Part shown: positions 42,231-56,214 of the stretch, piece after piece | How positions within the stretch are numbered: position 1 is the stretch's first letter | How the letters are laid out: every line of letters starts with the position of its first letter | From: the human T2T-CHM13v2.0 reference genome, Homo sapiens | NCBI RefSeq assembly: GCF_009914755.1 | Contig: NC_060947.1 | Direction: 5' to 3' (one strand) | DNA length: 64,000 nucleotides | Translations under genes and position numbers: made by a program | The notes under the pieces: model-generated | Seen by the model: only the letters and a program-made list of their open reading frames with translations | Told to the model about the DNA's origin: nothing | Database searches by the model: none

Positions 42231-43372
42231 ATACAGTTTCCTCTCTCCCCAACCACAGTGCTAACGTTTGCTCCCTCTACCCCAAGGTGAAAGGCTGGAA
42301 GGCTGGTTTAAGATTTTCATCCCCAGATACATAGATCTGAATTTAAAAATACATTGGTGTTTTGAATTATTTGTGTGGACATTGACTTTTTTAAAATGCG
42401 GTTTTTAAATTTGCAGTTTAATAAAACTGTTAAGTTTTATCCATCTGGTGGAATATAATACTTAAAGCAGAAAAAAATGTGTGCTCATAACTTATGTTTA
42501 TCTAAAATTTGTATTTGAGGCCACTATGTAAAATAAATAGACTGAAAAATAAGAGCGTCTCTGCAAAAACAAGTATTTGTGGTCTTTTCAGCAGCTTGAA
42601 TAGTTAGATTTCTCTTAGTAAGTTGAATGATTTACCCTGTTTTCTTTTTTTGGCTAAATAAATCATATTTGTCTATTTTTAACTTCTTTTAAGTTTATGC
42701 AGAAACTCTAAAGTTGCGGAGGAAAAGCACTGTATTAACAAGGCCTATTTTCCCAGAATGAAGGGAAACTTTTGCTTGTACAAGGTTAATTTGCAAAGCA
42801 CAATTTATAACACTATAGAGACGTCTCTCTTGAAACCAAGGGCCCTATCATTTCTTTTTCATTTGACATCTGCAGAGTAAGAGTAAATATTTCTTAATTT
42901 AGAGGAAGGTAAGGCTATTTTTCAAGTGAATCCACTAAATTAATCCACTGGAGTAGGCGTTATTTCCTTCATCACCCGTCTGCCTTAAATATAGTACCTG
43001 CACATTCAAGGCAAATGCAAAAATAGCTTCAGATTTAAATAGGTGATATTGTCTCACATATAAAAGATGAGTCTTGTCTGTGATATAAAAGTAGCTGTTT
43101 AATACTTTTAGCAATTTTCAGTGGCTTTATTTTTTCATATAGTTCCTGTATTTGGAATGTAATTAATGGAAAGGTTTAGCTTTGTCCTTGAAAAGGTTTC
43201 CATTTTTCTAGCAGGCTTGAGTCACTCACTAATAATAAACATGCTGTATTTTTAGCTACATATCCATCTATTTTCCATCTAATTCATTTATTTATTTACA
43301 GCTTGTCCTGTCCCTAAGCTTCTAATGTGGTAGCACATTAGAAAATGTTATCCTTATTGCGTATTCATCTCA

Positions 43373-43771
<399 letters not shown>

Positions 43772-44559
43772 TTAAGAAAATATCCAGTATCCAAAATATT
43801 TCAACTGCATTTACATATTATTATTATATATACCAACATGTCCACACACAACATACATTTACACTGGTCTCCAGCTTAAATTGACTCACTCAGGTACACT
43901 CCCCTGGCCTGTTTAATAGAGGGGGTCATGTCTCTTGTTGTACCTTATTGTAGACAAAATTATAAGCTCATACTTGAGGTCTCTTCTTTGTTTCTAACAT
44001 ATAGGACCGAGAGTTGAAACATAATACATAAAAATGGAACAGTGATAGTCAGATTTCCAAATGAGGAAATTGTCTTCTTAGGAATAGAAACCAGATGGGA
44101 ACTCAACACAGTAGTGGCCAGGAACTGCTGGACTCTAGGCCCAAGAGCCAGGAGACACCCGGAGTGTAATTCCTGGGAAATTATGAAAGGTGCCCCAGGA
44201 GTCTGGGAGACAGAGCCCTTTCTTTCCAGAAATAAGAGAGTTTGAAGACAGCTACTGACCATTACTCAGAGCTGGCATTTCTATGAAATTGATATCCTAG
44301 GGAGGAGAAAGGGAGCTGACAAAACGTCACCACCAAGAACCAACTGAGCAGGCTACAGATTCAGTGAATGGACTCATGACTATGCCACTCACGTCTCTGG
44401 GTGGGAGCTCCAACCACTGAGGATAAGACCATAGAGAAGGGTAAGGGGATAAGGAAATAGACACATGAAGACAGATGTGTGTGCAAAGAAGAAAGAGAGA
44501 CAGAGACAGAGTGAGAGAGACGCATCTTACTCACCTGAAGATCCAAATCCCAAAACACA

Positions 44560-45960
44560 TGCAAAAAGAATCAAGAAGTGGAAAATGCAGTCTTCCAAAT
44601 TAACCACAAGTTTAGATTTTAAAATAGACATTAAGTGAAATTCTTTAGAATGGGGCAAGCATTCTCTAGAGGAGCAGTTGCCTTCAGCACAGGACCTATA
44701 ATGCCTCCAGGGAACGGTACCTCTAATGCCTCTGGAGACCACAAGGGAGAAACAAAGGAAGGCACATGCAAGAAAAAACAGCAATCATGAAAAGAGCAAA
44801 AAAATCATGAAACAGAGACAGGCAGGCACCAGATAAAAGCAAGTGGGTATAGAAATTGCAAAATCACAACTACAGAAACAAAAAAGATACAGTAAATAAT
44901 ATGGTTTGGCTGTGTGTCCGCACCCAAATCTCACCTTGAATTGTAATAATCCCAACGTGTTGTGGGAGGAACCTGGTGGGAGGTAATTGAATCATGCGGG
45001 ATGGGTTTTTCCCATGCTGTTCTCATGGTAGTGAATAAGTCTCATGAGATCTGATGGCTTTGTAAATGGCAGTTCCCCTGCGCACACTCTCTTGCCTGCC
45101 ACCATGTAAGACATCCCTTTGCTCTTCATCTTCTGCCATGATTGTGAGGCCTTCCCAGCCATGTGGAACTGTGAGTCCATTAAACCTCTTTCTTTTATAA
45201 ATTACTCAGTCTCGGCTATGTCTTTATTAGCAGCATGAGAACAGACTAATATAGTAATGGAAATAAAATATAATACTGTAAAGTGTAGACTCTACAATCA
45301 AAGAGGACACTGAAACATAGTACAGAGGATGCACAAAGAAATAAAAAATAATATGAATACGTAAAGAGCTGTTAGGAGATATGTTTATGGACATGGGTTA
45401 GTAAAAGGAGATGAGAGTAAACCACGGCAACAATGATTGGGTAGATAAAGGATGGAAATATTCCTAAATTAAAGAAACATATGAGCTCTCACATTGAAAT
45501 ACATCACTTGAGTACCAAATAAAATGATCAGTAAATCCACAGGTTGATGTAAAACTAAAGAATATTGAGAATGAAGATAAAGTTAAGTACCTTCCCAAGA
45601 TATTAATAAAAAGCAGATTGCATAGAAAAACTGTTAGTCTGTTAGGAGATTCACATAAACCTCAGGAGAAGTGAAAGCGTCTTGGAGAAGTAGCCTAAGT
45701 ATTGAAAAATAATCGTCAATTGAAAATCCAATATCCAGGTAGCCTCAGATCAAGATGAAGCTATGGAAACCACTTTCAGATATACAAAGACTAGGAATTT
45801 ACCACCCATATATCCTTAATGAACAAATTAACAAGGACAGTTCTTCAGCAAGAATAAAGGGGAAACAGGACAGTTCTTCAGAGGAATAAAGGGAAACAAT
45901 TGGGCAGAAAATAATGGGGATTTCAGATACTGTTAAACATTGATAAATTTCGTGAGCCAT
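44560..45960 (+). mobile_element. Ancient L1/HAL1 ORF1-like remnant interrupted by a MaLR LTR
   Basis: A-rich; atatccaggtagcctcagatcaag...tttcagatatacaaagactagg. Confidence 0.5.
44898..45253 (+). mobile_element. THE1/MST solo LTR
   Basis: atatggtttggctgtgtgtcc...gcagcatgagaacagactaata. Confidence 0.92.
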
Positions 45961-46219
45961 CCACTAAGACCAAATGATAAAGATTGCAATTATTATTTCA
46001 GGTAAACCCAATTCTAGAAGGAGGATGGTTATGGGATGTGGTTTTCAAATATCATAAACATGCTAAATTTTAAATAACTAAAACTTATACTTTATTGAAA
46101 ACGTAAGTGTATTGAAATTGTAAACATACAATATTCTGAATTTATAGTTCCCTCTGCCTAAAATGCTTTTAACAGCAGATTTGTATGTCAACTCTGTAGT
46201 CCATAGCTGTGAAAATTTG

Positions 46220-46440
46220 GCAAAAGCACCCAGATTCTGTTGTGTCTGTAAAAACTGACTTCCTCTAACGTCTAGGGCTGTGCTACTTAAAGTAAATGTG
46301 GATATAAATCCCCCAGGAATCCAGTTAAAAGCAAAAGCACCCAGATTCTGTTGTGTCTGTAAAAACTGACTTCCTCTAACGTCTAGAGCTGTGCTAGTTA
46401 AACTAAATGTGGGTATAAATCCCCCAGGAAGCCAGTTAAA
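46220..46440. repeat. 111-bp tandem duplication
   Basis: Units begin gcaaaagcacccagattc at 46220 and 46331; about 5 mismatches. Confidence 0.95.
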
Positions 46441-46741
46441 TGCAGATTCTGGTTCAGTAGGGCTGTAGCAGGGCCTGAGAGTATGCATTTCTAACAAGCC
46501 CCCAGGTGGTGCAGGTCTAAAGGGTGCATATTGACTGGGGAGATGCATGAATAACACCACTTCTCTCCAGCTATTTCTAAAATAAGGAAACTTTCCTTCA
46601 GCATTTACCTTAAGTGTTTAGACAATGCATTAAGTACAACAAAAACTATCATGAGGAACCAGATGTCACCTACGACCTATACCACACTTTTCCATTTTCA
46701 TCTCTAATAAGGCGGCCTTATAACCTCCTCTAGGTCAAAAG

Positions 46742-46978
46742 CAGGAGATGGCAATCTTTTTTTCTGCAAAGGACAAGATAGTAAATATTTTCAGCTTTGA
46801 GGCCAGATGGTCTCTATCACCACTATTCCACTCTGCCTTCATTACATTGTAGCAGGAAGGCAGCTATAGACATTATGTAAATAGAGGGATGTGTGTGGCT
46901 TTGTTCCAATAAAACTTCTTCTGCAAAAACAGGTGGCAGAGAAGATGTATTTCATGGGCCCTAGCTTGCAGACCCCTG
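46742..46978. mobile_element. MER58A
   Basis: gatagtaaatattttcagcttt...gttccaataaaactt...gacccctg. Confidence 0.85.
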
Positions 46979-47066
46979 GACGATAGGTTAACCCAAGTCA
47001 CTAGTCCCACTAGTCCTTCTGAGTAATTTTGAGCAGAAAAATCCTCAAATATTCCTTGATACTTGA

Positions 47067-47454
<388 letters not shown>

Positions 47455-49241
47455 TGAAGTCCTCAGATCTTGTGTATGAACACACTCATGGTGATCTGTT
47501 GCAGCTGGGTAACTGGAAGACTTTAAACAGGGGATCTTGGTTTTTCCACGTTCCTCCTTGATTGATTGATATCTGTCTCTGGGCAGCCTAAGTCACCTGA
47601 CCTTTCATGTAAGACACAACCAAATTCAATCCCAGGAAGGTTAAGCCTGTTACCCAAGGACATAAATCTTGTTCACAACAGGGTTGAGGCTGGATTCCAG
47701 CTTTCTGATTTCCTTGTCCAATTATTTTCTTACCATGCAAACAGTAGTCTCTGTTTCCTGTTGAATATGTCTACTTCCAGCCCTTTTGGAAGTTCACCCT
47801 CTCCCTTAATGTTTTATGGTACTTGTCTGTGTACCAATGTGTTTTTGCCTTTTTCTACATGGCTTTTGCTCAACATAAGAAGTTGCAGGAAAAATGTAAA
47901 TGGCATTAAATATTCAATACTCTTTTTCCCTTAAAGAGAAGTTGTCTACATAAACAGAATTAGAGTGTGATTTCCTACAATAATAGTCTTCCTTTACTAG
48001 GAAGGAAATCTAATGGGCCTTTTCTCCAGCTCTTACTGCTGTTTTCAGACAAGTATACAGCTAGCAGCTATCCTTGATAATGCAGGCATGACAAAGGGAA
48101 GGACAAAGAAAGCCCTTCTTTTTGTATTGGATTTAAAAGGTCTTCACTGATATAGATATTTTTGTTTTATAACCCATTCTGTGATGTCTGACAGCAATTT
48201 CTTTCTGTGACCTCCCCTTCCAGTGGCAGGCATGGTTATCTGTTTCCCAGTGGCAGTGCATGGAGTGTCTGTCCGCAGAGCATCTGTGTGGCGATCAGGA
48301 GCGGCAGTTCAGGCCACTTCATCTTTTGCACCGTGCCTCTCACCCGGATGCATCTTATTCTTTTATGTTTCCCTGTACACTTGCTCTTGAACTGAATATT
48401 ACTTCTTATAACCAAGTACTCTATTGTTGAGGTTAAAATGCTTAGAGATATCTGATTCTAATTTTTCACAGAAAATGCCACCTCACACATTCAGTTAATA
48501 AATAAAACAACTGGGCCATAGAGAGGCTATTGAGGAAGAGTGGAAAGGGATGAAGTGGGTTTGAGTCTCCGATCCCGAAGCTCAAAAACAGTGATCGCTT
48601 TTTTATTATTTTTCCAGCATACCCTCTTTTCAGACATACAAATATGTTCACTGAATGTGCGTAGTCACAAGAGACAAGGATGATATGCATTTTAAAATAT
48701 GTATATTACAAGGGTCTTTCTTAGCAAAATTCATGCATACCCTGCATTTTGAGAGCTGCTTCTAGCTGTTAGCCTGGCTGAATAATACACAAATTTATAA
48801 TTCATGATACGCAAGAGGGAAAATGAGCAAAATAATATCATAGGATATGAACCTTGCCTTCCAAAGATGCAAATCCACCCATGCTCTTTTTATGACTTGG
48901 AAGGAGTCACTTAGTCAAAATAACTTAGAGTGGAGAATGCCCAAATGCTTTGGCACCAGCAAAGCTGTGCGAGGTTGCCAGAATATGTTCCAAATGCATA
49001 GAGATGGGAGTTAGCATTAAAAGCCATTAGCTCATGCCCAAAATCTGGCACGTCCATTCACTGACAGTCCTCTGATATTACCTTTCAGTCTGGATTCCCT
49101 TAAACTTGGAGTTGAAGAGATGCTACTGAATCTTGGGTACTCTTATAGAATGACATGTATAATTATTAATCCAGTGACCTCCCTTAGTCCTTCAAATAAA
49201 TGTTATTGTCACATGCTACTTTATTTGAAGCACCATACGTA

Positions 49242-49320
49242 TTAGGTGGTGCAACAGTAATTGCAGTTTTTGCCATTGAAAGTAATGGCAAAACCCATAA
49301 TTACCTTTGCACCAACCTAG
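49242..49320. mobile_element. MADE1 mariner MITE (miR-548-type hairpin)
   Basis: ttaggtggtgcaacagtaattgc...aattacctttgcaccaacctag; palindromic with TA on both flanks. Confidence 0.95.
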
Positions 49321-49837
49321 TAGTTAAAAGAATTCATCATAAAACAGAAAACATACTAACCAGTGTTTTACTTATTCACAGTTATATAAAGAATGGCACT
49401 GCCTAAAAATGTTTCTATTTTGCTTTGAAATTCATAGCAATGCCCATTTCTAGAAGAAACAAAGGGTGCCTATTCTAGCAGCTCATGGTCCTAACATGAG
49501 ATTAGAAGTTTATTCTTACTCCTACTAGCCCAGTGGTATACACCACTCTATACAGCAATGCACACCTGTAGCACAGCATGTTACGATCCTAAAAGAGCAA
49601 AGAAAATGGGAGCTAGACCATACCTCAGACCCTCTCATCCCTTTCCTTTCCCGCTTACTGAGGCCAGTGACATTTGGAAGACCAGTGTGTAATTTTCCAC
49701 ATTGGACAGACCTGATTTTATTCTTGGTCAACATTGACAATTTTCTCCTTTCTAAAATGGATGTATTGGTATCTAGCTCACAGGGAAGGTGTGGAGATTC
49801 ACCTGAGGATACACATAAACAGCAAAGCAGAATGTCT

Positions 49838-50684
49838 AGCCTTTAAAAGGTCTTTATGTAACCAGAACTTTTTTTTCTCCTTGTATCTCCCATGAAGGCC
49901 TGGACATTATCAAGCCTTCCCTGACACACATGAACAAGGTAGGTCAATCCCACCCCAAACTCAACATAATCTGGAATCAGTACTTTGTTGCAAAGCATAT
50001 AGCTATGGCACTGACTCTGCATTTTATGCGCAGAGGAGATCAGAGACATAACATGGTTTTGAACCATAGGATGTACTTTCTTTTCATGGTACTTCAAAGT
50101 CTCCCACTGCTACTAGCACCAAAGTCTCAATTTCATGAATTGCCCATATAGATAGACAGTGATCAGCCTCTCGCCCCCTTCATCCCAAAAGCTTTTCTTC
50201 AGTGGAAAATCTTCCTGCAAGGGAATTGTACCTGTAGAATGGGGAAGAAAAAGCAGAAAGCATGAATCTGTATAGATATGAGAAGCAAGGGTGGCTCCCT
50301 GCTTGGATGAACTAGGTCTCTGTGCATGAGGGTCTTCAGTGTTTTCCTGCACTAGACCGACAATTGTCTATCTATATGGGCAATTCTTGACATTCAGACT
50401 TTGGTGCTAGTGTCAGTGGGAGACTTTGAAGTACCATGAAAAGAAAGTACATCTGGTTTAAAACAATGTTATGTCTCCAAGCTCCTCTGCGCATAAAATG
50501 TAGAGTCAGTGCCATAGCTATATGCTTTGCAACACAGTACTGATTCCAGATTATCTTGAGTCTGGGAGGGGGGCATTGACTTATCTTGTTCATGTGTGTC
50601 AGGGAAGGCTTGATAATGTCCATGCCTTCATGGGAGATACAAGGAGAACAAACAGTTCTGATTATATAAGATCTTTTAAAGGCT
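49838..50684. repeat. Inverted duplication; arms 49838-50158 and 50365-50684, 206-bp spacer
   Basis: Arms are reverse complements; mirrored near-identical ORFs in the track (49930+ vs 50372-). Confidence 0.97.
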
Positions 50685-51457
50685 GGTGCATTAGCTGCTT
50701 ATTTTGGTTCAAAATCTTACAAAAATATGAGAGGAATCAGGTATTACTTTGAGCATTTGAAACACCTGTGGCAGAGGAACTTGAAAAGAATGTGTCACTT
50801 TTCATTGTCTGGTTTTCTAGCCCTTTGTCACAAGGTGATTTTATTCTTGTGCATCTAATGACCAGGAGACATCATGATGGTTTCATTAGCACCTGTGGCC
50901 CCATATGGTGTCTTAAGTGTGACCAGTATAAGCGTGCTAATTTTCTTAAAGGAAGCAAAATTAAACTGTGTTTCTTGTTAGAGATGGAAAACAGGTGGTC
51001 AGCCTTATCATTCTCGCTAAACCTTATGGTTTCCAGATTTAAACAACCTTGTGAGGTCTGTTAAAGGTGGTGTAATGTGGACTCTGTTTAGTCAACATGT
51101 AATTCACTATCCTATTTCCTCTTCAGTGATTAAAGTGAAAGTCAGGCTCTTCCAGGAGTTTTCCAGTGGAGCATAAAAGAAAGAGACAGTGGAAGAGAAA
51201 TTGTACTTATTGAAAGGAATATTAGCCAGATGACTCTTTGAGTGACTGCAGATGACTGTTCCCTAAGTCTAGCTATTTCTTTTCTTGTAAACTTTTTTTT
51301 TCCCATTTCCATTCCCTAAGTCAGGATCCAGAACGTTTTGTGGTTCTTCTATGTGTTTGATTTTCAAACTTTGACTCCATCAGGATGAAATTTCCTAATC
51401 TATGCAGGAGGAATAGCTTTATTCAACAAACATCCATGGTCCTTTCTGACTGTCAGG

Positions 51458-52042
51458 TGTTATACAACAACAAGGTTTGATTGCCTGTTGCATGATAACA
51501 GGCACCAATGCACCAATGCATCAAAACAGCAGGAGTTGCAGTAGAGAAAGAGTTTAATCATCATAGGGCAACTAAATGAGGAGATGGGAGAGAACCTCAA
51601 ACCCACCTTTCTGAGGAGTTTTGGACTGGAGTTTTTAAGGGAATTTTGGTGGGTAGGGGGCTGAGGAGCTGGGGGTTGTTTATAGGGTGTGATTAGGGAT
51701 GAAACCATAAAGATATAGAAACTGCATTTTTTCATTGAGTCAGTTCCTTGGAGGGGATCTTAAGACAGACTGGCATCACTGGACCCATTGGAATGCAGAA
51801 TCTGGAAAATATCTCCAATGGAGAACTTGAAGTTTCTTAATGTTAAGATGTTATCTATAGAAACAATTAGGGAAAGTTAGGACCTTGTGACAGGAGCCAC
51901 GTGACTTTTTGACAGTAAGCAGCTATAAGGAAGTGGGCTGTTGGGCAAGCTGGTTAATGCTTAGCTTTGCTTCTGCTCAAAGCTTAGGCTTTTACTTAAA
52001 AACTACCAATTCAGTTGCATTAATTTAATGGTGATGGCTTCA
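51458..52042 (-). mobile_element. MER4-group ERV1 solo LTR
   Basis: TG...CA ends, 4-bp TSD cagg (51454-57 / 52043-46); inserted in MIR-like sequence. Confidence 0.85.
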
Positions 52043-53095
52043 CAGGCACTGTATTAAGTGCTCACCCTGCATTAATTCTTTCCATCTGTATGACAACCAT
52101 GTGATGTAGGTGCTCATAATGTCTCCATCTACAGATGAAGAAGTGGAGGTACAGGGAAGGTAAGTAATTTTTCAGATATACAGTTGGGATGGTCAAAGCC
52201 AAGTCTGGACTAGACTCTACATGCTTTCTCCATCCCTATATCTGCATAAACATGTTCAGACAATGAAACAAAACAATGCTTGTAAAGTATCCCACCCAAT
52301 GACAGGTGCAAGAAGGCAACCACAAAATGGAAATTATCTTTTTCCCTGAAATAGTCTTATTCCTGGGACTCAGGGTTCTTGCCTTTAGTCTGTGTCCCCT
52401 GTGATTCATTCCTTTCACTATATAAGTTTTGTGCTCTTTATACTCACTTAGATAATCACATTACTATTACCTGGAGTGAAGTGCAAAGCCGTGTTCTTCA
52501 GCCAGGAGGCTCCATCTTTCCTCAGGCAAGCCTTATTCTTAATCATTTTCTACCTCAAAACCTGTAAGCTGCTTGCAGAGGTTGCTCAATGCCTCCCAGA
52601 GCCTGTATTTTCCTTACATATGGCAAGCATTCAATCAATAATTGCTGTTTGATCAATATGCCAAATGTAACTCTTCATGTGGATAAGTTTACAGAGTCTT
52701 TTCCATTGAGTCTTTTCCATTCTTTCCTGTTATAAAATCAACTATGAACAGTTGATGAACAGACTTGGCTTTGACCATCCCATCTGTATATCTGAAAAAT
52801 ACTTAACTTCCCTGTACTTCTATTCCTTCATCTATAGATGGAGATATTATGAGTACCTACATCACATGGTTGTCATACAGATGGAAAGAATTCATGCAGT
52901 GTGAGCACTTAAAACAGTGCCTGTGAAGCCATCATCATGAAATTAATGCAACTGAATTGGTTAGTTTTTAAGCAAAAGCCTAAGCTTTGAGCAGAAGCAA
53001 AGCTAAGCATTAACCAGCTTGTCCAACAGCCCACTTCCTTATAGCTACTTCCTGTCTAAAAGTCATGTGGCCCCTGTCACGAGGTCCTAACTTTC
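51872..53095. repeat. Inverted duplication; arms 51872-52207 and 52760-53095, 552-bp spacer
   Basis: gaaagttaggacc...gccaagtctg vs cagacttggc...ggtcctaactttc. Confidence 0.97.
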
Positions 53096-53639
53096 GTTGG
53101 AAAATAGTTTATTTTATAACAGGAAAGAATGCCATAGAGACAGATCACAGGAAGGAAAAGAGACAAAATCTTCACAAATGGGAGTGGAGACTTGCACTTG
53201 AAGAAAAATGTTGCCTTTCTCAGAATTTGTTAGGTGAGATTTCAGTCTCTAACTTAGTGCCTCACTGTCTGTGTTCCTCACAGCATGGGTTAATCTGGTA
53301 TGAGATACAAACCTATTTCAAGGCAGGGACAAATATAGGCCTTCAATTTTTTTTTTTCTAATTTGGTATGGGTTATCTATAGAAGTGTAAATGGTTCACA
53401 GCAAGAGATTGCTTTTCAGAGAAGTACATGTAAGATACAGAAATCTCTAGATGTGTCTGTACCTTAACTTTGAAAAAGAGAAACTTTTAAAAGGTAAGAG
53501 CTGTTTTTCCTAAAGAGTCATTTTAGAAAATGTTCTAGATCTTCCTGTACATAATAAGGCTTCTAAGCATTTGGGGTTATTTTAAAAATTGGATTTTAAA
53601 TATTTTAAACATTTGGATTTCAGAATATTCAGATTTATT

Positions 53640-54400
53640 TTATTCTCCCAGTATTGCAAATACAAAGGCAACCATGCAGTATAAGAAGAGAACAGGATAA
53701 AATGAACATGGACATGACTTTAAAAAGAATTCAAAGTTCAATGACCAAATTTAAATTCGCATTGGAATTTGTAAAGAATGTAACTGACACTAAAAATTTT
53801 CTGGCATGTAAAACATGGGGCACATTCCCAGAATGCAGACAAATAGGACAAATAGAATAAATTTAAAAAGAAATTAAAAATACAAATGACAAACAAAAGA
53901 ATCAACTTATAATTAGTGTTCTTGAAGATGATTCACAAGCAAATGGAGCAGAAATAATATTCAAGGTTGTAACAAAAGAAAACTTTTCTACAGAAAAAAA
54001 AAGCAGAGTTGCAGATTAATTGGGTTCACTTTGGTTTGAGGAAAACTTAATAAAAATAGAACCAAACCAAAATGTGTTGTATCATCATAGTTTAAATAAA
54101 AGTGAAATATCAACTATAATCACCCTGGCAAACAAAGTATGTGGCATGGGATGGAAGTATTCCTGGGCTGGGTCCAACTTCTCTGTAATACCAAACAATG
54201 AAAGATCAAGTAATATCTACAGAGTGTTGACGGGTTAGGATTCAGGGCCCAAGAATTCAACCCCAAAAAAGATTTTCCTCAAGTGTAATGGCAAGAGAAA
54301 GAGACACTAAGGTATGCTATGGTTTACGATATATACCACACAAATAGCTTTTCTGAAAAAAATTACTTGGATATATATTCCAGTTTACCAACATGTAGAT
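53640..54400 (+). mobile_element. Ancient L1/HAL1 remnant
   Basis: gcagaaataatattcaagg...agaaaacttttc; ORF1-like and A-rich. Confidence 0.5.
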
Positions 54401-54784
54401 TAAAATAATGACCCTGCTTAAAATCCCCTGATTGAATTATTTATTTAATCAACTTACTAGACAATTATTGAAAACTTGATTGTAATGGAAAGAATGAGCT
54501 CAACATAATTATTGAAAAGGAATAATACTAAAAATTATAGCTATTTTAGTAACCACCATTTTGTTATAGATGCCATTCACTGTATTTTGAAATTCACATC
54601 ATCTATTTAAGTCTCATGAGTTAAGCCTTATAGCCCGAACTCATAGAGAAAAACAGAGTTGGATGAAGTCATATACCCAAGATGATGTGAAAATTTTCTG
54701 AGGGATGCAACAGAGGCATCCTATTTCCAATATCATGGCTCATCCGCAGATTTGGCCAAAATCCAGACCAGCAGTTTGCAAATG

Positions 54785-54945
54785 TTTCTATGCTTTAGAA
54801 TCAGCTGAGGAACTGCAAAGACAGTCATGCCTGTGTGGCCCCCCACCTCTGAGATTCTGAATTGATTTTCTGGGGTGCCACCTGGTGTTTGGAGTTTTAA
54901 ACAAAACCTTGGATGATTCTAAGGTGCATACAAAGTTAAGAACCA
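54785..54945. mobile_element. MER5A
   Basis: ggccccccacctctgagattctg...gatgattctaaggtgcatacaaagttaagaacca. Confidence 0.75.
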
Positions 54946-55171
54946 TGAATTTAAACAATAATATCCGATCTCTTCTACAAAGACTTGGAAATGGTGTGAG
55001 AGGAGCAGAAAGAAGTTTAAATCTGTCACTACTCATAGGGAATAATCAACGGTAATTGCTGGGTTTTTCGTTTTGACAATTAGATCAAGATTGTTGCACA
55101 GCTCTTAATACACTGGTAGGAAATATGGAAGAGTTTCGAGGGGACATTGCAATGAAATGGGATTGAGCTAG

Positions 55172-55290
55172 GGCAGTGGTGCACACCTGGGGCAATTGTA
55201 TCCCCAGTAGACATTTGGTAATATTTGGAGACATTTTTGGCTGTCATCACTGGGAAGCATGGAGATTGACTATTGGCATCTCCTGAGATA
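55172..55290 (+). mobile_element. MER20 fragment
   Basis: gacatttggtaatatttggagacatttttggctgtca. Confidence 0.75.
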
Positions 55291-56214
55291 CTGATAAAAA
55301 TTTGGGAAAAAGGCATGGATTCCTCCAGGTAGAGAGTGTATGATAAGATTAATGACATATTTCCTAAACATTTATTTTTCCCTAAATCAAAATGACTGTC
55401 TATCCATGTGTGCGTGCATGTATGTGTACATGTATGCATGCATACATATTCATTTTCACTATATTTCTATTCTTCATTTAATTTTATTCCTTTCAAGTTT
55501 GACCAAAAGACCTTACAACCAGTCTGTTGGTATTTTGAAAGAAAATTTATATTTGTCCCCATTTTCTTTATAATCTTTCAACTTTGACCACAAACCTATA
55601 TTGTTTTCTTCAACTGATACATTTTGGGTAGCATCAAAATTATATTCAGTATTGTGCTTTGGAGAGGAAAAACGTGCTGTTCCCATTTTCAAGCATGCCG
55701 CAATCCTGAATCTACTCCTTACAAAATTTCTGTGTCAGCTTGGATACATGATGTTTTTTTCTCTATGTGTTTGGGTTATAATACATAACTAATTCTGTTT
55801 AATTCTGTTTTTTTCTCTACGTGTTTGGGTTATAATACATAACTCATGTCACCATTATGAGACTTAAAAAAGATAACTTATGCAAATTTCAAAATATAGT
55901 GTAAAATAGAGACAGTGGCATATAACAAAATCGTAAGTACATAACAAAACAGTGGTATTGCACTATGATATCTTCAGTAAATACATATAAGTGTTGTACC
56001 CAGTGTCACGTCTCAGTTGCTGTCATATCACCAACATTATTTTTGCTTTCTCCTCTTAGTTGTATCTTACGAGAGCCACATACGATCATTTAAGTCAGAG
56101 ATGAAAATTCAAATGCCTGCAGGAGACAGGCAGCTATCACATGGGCATGATTCAGGCTGAGTGTGAACAGCGGGGAACTAGGGATGTCTGCAATTGGAGA
56201 GTGCTTGCCCACTG

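Noticed and set aside
46078-46560. 160-aa ORF with an internal repeat
   Set aside because: Created by the 111-bp (multiple of 3) tandem duplication plus MER5A.
49843-50752. Paired near-identical ORFs on opposite strands
   Set aside because: A consequence of the inverted duplication; no coding features.
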